DNA from: Macrostomum lignano
Lineage: Eukaryota
Direction: 5' to 3'
Assembly: GCA_002269645.1 (NCBI GenBank)
Contig: NIVC01005085.1
Coordinates: forward strand, 1-26,682
Length of the DNA stretch: 26,682 bases
Shown here: positions 21,590 to 26,682 of the stretch, one piece after another
How the letters are laid out: each line of letters begins with the position of its first letter
How positions within the stretch are numbered: the first letter of the stretch is position 1
The notes under the pieces: generated by a model
Database searches by the model: none
What the model was told of the DNA's origin: nothing
What the model saw: the letters and a program-made list of their open reading frames with translations, nothing else
Translations under genes and position numbers: made by a program

Positions 21590-23859
21590 ACTACGTCTGT
21601 ATTCTTTGGGGTGGGCATTTTTGTGACTTACCCCTGGTCCACCACAATTTACGGTGGCCAGATCAGCCAGGTCGGCCAGCAGTTGCGCATGTATGATGTA
21701 TGGTCTCATTCAAGTTCCTTTTAAATCATAATAACATAAAGACAAGTGTTAATTTAAACAGCCTAAAACCAAAGACTAATCACCAAGATGATTGTTTCTA
21801 ACCCCCATCTTTATGACACTTTGAATGTCTATTGCCAAAATATCATTGCCTATTAGAACTGGACATTCATATATATATATATACTATTTATAATTTATAA
21901 CTGTAATTTTTCAAGAAACTGCTTTCCATTGCTAGGGACTCCAATGAGATTATAGCATAAATTAAAAAACACAAAATATAACCAAAGCAGTACTACTTAC
22001 TTAGGAATGCAAAAAAGTTATATAATATAAAATATAAATGATGAGTTAATATACATTTTAGGAGCAAAAAATGCTTTAAAATAAGACAAAATATAGATCA
22101 ATTGGACAAATTTTACAAGTTATATTGAAGACAAGTTTTATATTTTTGCAAGAATTTTACAATAGTGACTATTATAGAAAATATTATTCTTTTGTTTTTT
22201 TAATTTTTCGAAGAAACACTTTATTATAATATAAAATTGTAATGTTAAAAGCATTCTAGATATAAAAATGCTATTTAAGGCCAACATTTTTTTAAGTTTT
22301 AGATTTCACCAAAAAATCATGTTTTTTAACTTAAGATTGTTTTGTTTTTGTTTTCTAATGGGCAATGTCATAAGCCACAATATAAGGTATCACAAAAAAA
22401 CTTATATAAAGAAAAAAAGGTATATAAAAAACTTTTAATTGTAATATTATCTACAAAAAGATAATAGTCCCTTAAAGGCAAAATACATTATAAGCCAAAA
22501 AACTCAATGACAAAATTTTGCATAACTTTTTTCATCCAAATTTCAAAAGTGAGATGTCGACTCTTACTTCTACAAACAAGATCTATCAAACTGCATAAAA
22601 GCCTAGCCTAATAAATAAAAGTAAAAAATAGAAGTTTCAAAATCTCACTGGAGTCCTTAACATTGCCACTTAATTTGACTTTATAGCCTAATGCAAAGTC
22701 ATTCTATTATAAATATTTTGTCCTAGGGCTTATTTCTGTCCTCCAACTATCTTACTAATTGCCACCAAAGTTGTGCTAGGGGTTATTTCTATCTCACCAA
22801 GTTGTAATAGGTTTCTAATTTCCCTTTATTAAATTTCTACTGCTGACAATAAATCTTGCCTTAATGTTTCTAACTGTTTCTTAGAATCTCATATATTTTC
22901 TGGGTAGCATTCTTAGTAGTGTTCTGGTAGCATTCTTAGTATATGGTCTGAGCAGTCAGCAGTCTTACTAGTATATATACTTTCTCTCTTTCTCCAGTCT
23001 AGGCATTACCAAGATTAGAGGATCATAGCGATCACTCTTAGTATTCTTTTTGCATGAATTCCCACTTCTGACTTTCAATACTACTTTACAAGACTCTTAG
23101 AAATGAACAACAATCTGAGAACTAAATTCATTTATATTCTATTGAACAAGTGAACACAAGTATTATACGAGTGCATGAGTTGGTCTTCCTACCTCCAATT
23201 TCAAACTTCGCTCTTATTTATACCACCTTGACTATATATATTTATAACAAATGTAGAATATTAGGATTTTTTGCAAATTAAAACAAAACATAGGCCCTAA
23301 TTTTCAAGTAATTTTTTTAAATAAGGTTTCCTAGAAAACAATAACTGCTTCTACAATTTTGATTACAATAAAACTTTATTTTTAAAATTTTAATTAAATA
23401 AAACCCAATAAATAGATAGCCTAACCATTAAAAATGTTTATTTTTTATAAAAAATAGCCTAGGCCTATCAATATAAAAATGTATACTTCTTAAATTTCCC
23501 ATTGTCATTTTGTTCTCATATGGGTTTTATGGCTTAGAATATAAACCTAAGATATTGATAAGTCTAGTTCTCTAGTACTTAAAAACAAAATTTTAAGTGC
23601 TAGGCCTAGTGCTAAATTACCTTAGATAGCCAATTTAGCACTAGGCCCTAAATATTTCCTAAAGGCATAAAACTTTTACCAAACACATTAATAGTAGAAT
23701 TATATGAAAGTAAAAAAAGATTATCCTAGATCATGTGGTTTTTTAAAGTTAAGTTAATGAAATGCACATTTTAAGCATTAGGCCCTATAAAATGAAGCTA
23801 CTGCCAGTATCAGTATGGCTGGCTGACCTCCAGGCCTCCAGCGCCACAATCTATTGTCC

Positions 23860-24152
23860 CTGCTGCTGAAGTTAATACACGAATACTGTAAAAGGAATGT
23901 GGGGCAACTGCAAAGCAAAGTTTCAAGCTATGCACGGAACCAGCGACAATTTGTTCGAAATGTACCTGCAGGAGTTCATGTGGCACAGCTTTCCCGACCC
24001 AATTAGCATTTCGGCAATATCCTCTACTGGATAACACACTACTACCCTATGTAGAACTCTGTGAACTCTTGCAAAAACTTTGTGAGCTTATCGGACTCTG
24101 AAAAGTTCAAAAGGGGTTCAAATAATTTAGAGCGGGAAACCGAAGGATCGCC
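23860..24152 (+). mobile_element. Decayed Merlin (ISXO2/IS1595-like) transposase C-terminus and probable right end
   Basis: TNTVKGMWGNCKAKFQAMHGTSDNLFEMYLQEFMW (23879-23983), then after a frameshift FGNILYWITHYYPM* (stop 24052-24054). This resembles the HTNTIE.W...YL.EFMW motif. The reverse complement at 24152 starts GGCGA, fitting the GGNRM Merlin terminus. Confidence 0.75.
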
Positions 24153-24723
24153 TGAAGTAATTGGCGAAATCCAAAAACGTGGGATAAAACGGTAAAACAA
24201 ATCTGCGGACATTCGATGGAAAGTAATGTATCTACTTTAGAAAATAGTTCTGGATAAAAACTATTGTTTTCATGCTTTATATTGTTGAATAAATAAGAAA
24301 AAACCACAAAAAAGCATTTTGAAAGTCCGAGTTGACCGATTTGCTATTTTTTGTTTCACTTTTTTCATTATTAAACAATTAATTTTAAGACTTGTAGGCC
24401 TTAGAGAAGGCTAATTTTTTTACTACTTACAAAACAGAAAGTAATCTGTGTTTTACTTTTTATTCAATTCAAAAAGATGAAGTATTTCTAAGGATTTCAA
24501 AGTTTTTCTAAAACCATATAAACTCGCAAAAATTCATACTAATATAAAGTGCAAAGTTTGCCAGCAAACATCTTTTTCTAAAAGTAAATATATCGCTAAT
24601 TCCTTGTTGCAAAATAATCTTTAAGTTGTTTTCTTTCATTTAAATATCAACTTGCATAGTATTAGTATTTGTAATATGCCTATATTTAGACTTAAAAATT
24701 TTGGGTAAAAAATGGTACCACAA

Positions 24724-25254
24724 AATGTGAACCCGGCATCCAAATCAGATGCTTACTGTATGCTCATTAAGCGACGAAGAACAATGAAATTACACTAAAA
24801 CATGTATCATCGCGGCGTGTATGCAGGAAAAAAAGAATTTTCCAAATCGCTTCAGTAGAAGCTGAGTAAAATGCAATTTTCCAATCCTTATGGGAATTCC
24901 AATGTGTTACCCGGCTTCCAAATCAGATGCTTACTGTATGCTTATTAAGCGACGAAGAACAATGAAATTACACTAAAACATGTATCATCGCGGCGTGTAT
25001 GCAGGAAAAAAAGAATTTTCCAAATCGCTTCAGTAGAAGCTGAGTAAAATGCAATTTTCCAATCCTTATGGGAATTCCAATGTGTTACCCGGCTTCCAAA
25101 TCAGATGCTTACTGTATGCTTATTAAGCGACGAAGAACAATGAAATTACACTAAAACATGTATCATCGCGGCGTGTATGCAGGAAAAAAAGAATTTTCCA
25201 AATCGCTTTAGTAGAAGCTGAGTAAAATGCAATTTTCCGATCCTTACGGGAATT
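24724..25254. repeat. 178-bp unit, three near-identical tandem copies
   Basis: acccggc at 24731, 24909 and 25087 (period 178). Confidence 0.97.
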
Positions 25255-26682
25255 TGTATGTTTAAATAATAAACTTACGTTGAATACAATTTATTGCAAA
25301 CGAACTCTATAAAATACACGTTGTCAAGAGTAACGAAAGTGATAAACAAATAAAACCTTAAAATAATGTTAAATATGTTGTAGAATTATAGAGTGTAACA
25401 TTATAAGATAGTTAAAGTTAATAAAATACATTATTATAGCTTTTCAATCATTTTCATTAGACTCATTTTAGGTCGTAATTAAACTTACCGTTTTAACAAA
25501 TCATTTTATTAAAAATAAAGCTATACGAAAATAATTTGTGCTTTAATAGACTTTTTTACTTTTTAAAAACTTGAATAAATTTATTTTATAGCTTTATTGC
25601 TTTCAAATTGCCAAAAAACGAATTTTCATAAAACTTGCCCCCGATTTTTGGATTTCCCCAATTATTGGCAATTTTGGCATATTACTATCTACAAAGTTCT
25701 ACTTCTACTAATGCTAAAAGAAAATTTTAAACAATAAATATCCCTGTTTAACAACTCCTTGAAAGTTTCTAACAAGGAATAGTAGTCCTTGATTCTTGTC
25801 ATGAATTTAAGTGGCCCACACTTATGAAGACTCAGTCCAATGATCGTTTAGTTTAGTTTAGAGACTTGCAGAATTTAGGTTAATTTTAAATTTGAATTAT
25901 TGTACCTGCACGAATGTATTGTGCTGTATTCTAAGAAAAAATAACGTTACTACATAACAGAAAATATAACCTTTGTAAACTATAAAGAGTATTTCTTTTG
26001 CTTGCTTAGATATTTTTTAATAAATTGTCAGTCTTTTCCGAACGGTTTTTCGTTCATAATCCGAATTGATTTGGATTAAGTAATGATTCTCGCCTCTGGT
26101 GATAAGTGGATAACAGACGATAGCTAGGCTTCGAATTTGTATACAGCTCTGACTCTTTATTCTGACATTGAACTCTTCACATGTATTGAACTCTTAAATT
26201 AACTGTTATTAATTTAAGCCACGACTTTGCAATCACATCTTCATGACGATAATGAGGAACGCAGCAGTAGATGATAAAATAAGATAAATTTTTGAATGAT
26301 AAGATTCGACTATACGGAGAAGCCTCCCTTAACTGGCCTAATGATTGTGTCAACCCGTCAGCACCTATAGCAGACCGCAATGGCCGCAATGATACTCAGA
26401 CAATGGCCGCAATGATACTCAGACAAACCGCCCTAAACGTACATGTACGTGTTGCGCCAGCAAGGCTAAAGGTCGAGCAGGGAAGCAACAAATGAACCAA
26501 GAGGTTGGGGAGGGGGCAGAATGCATGTAAACCTAGATGTAGGGTGGATTGGAGGAAGTAAGAAAGAGAAGCGGAGAGAAGTGAGATCTGACTGTCATCG
26601 CTGCAGTTTTTTTTTAGCCAATATAAACCCCATGACCTCAAGCCGGTAGTGGGGTTGACTGGTAATAGCAATACGAATAAGA

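Noticed and set aside
24107-24307. 66-aa minus-strand ORF as the missing NOC4L first exon
   Set aside because: It has no real ATG, only vague similarity, and it straddles the putative Merlin end at 24152; an HMM alignment or cDNA would be needed to reconsider.
26177-26682. Short ORFs, a 23-bp duplication (aatggccgcaatgatactcagac) and a small hairpin near the window end
   Set aside because: No recognisable protein or RNA family, and the context is cut by the window edge.

Overview
Eukaryotic (animal) genomic DNA that is rich in repeats. The left 18 kb holds six protein-coding genes, all on the minus strand. In transcription order they are NOC4L (5' part not found), YJU2B/CCDC130, an apparently intronless TKL-like protein kinase, TVP23, a stand-alone LENG9-like 2H phosphoesterase, and TUBGCP4 (continues past the left edge). 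Spacers and introns are filled with minisatellites, two copies of a TA-flanked MITE, two tRNA-derived SINEs and a 1.25-kb inverted minisatellite. The right 8.5 kb has no recognisable host exon. It contains a non-autonomous hAT element nested inside another (both with perfect 8-bp TSDs), a 64-bp copy of the 28S rRNA R2-target region, a decayed Merlin/ISXO2-like transposase and a 178-bp triplication. Several exons have single-base indels, mostly in homopolymers, which suggests long-read sequencing error rather than pseudogenes. The gene layout and repeat style suggest a trans-splicing invertebrate, possibly a macrostomid flatworm, but this is an unverified inference. Gene identities come from motif recognition by eye; no database search was run.
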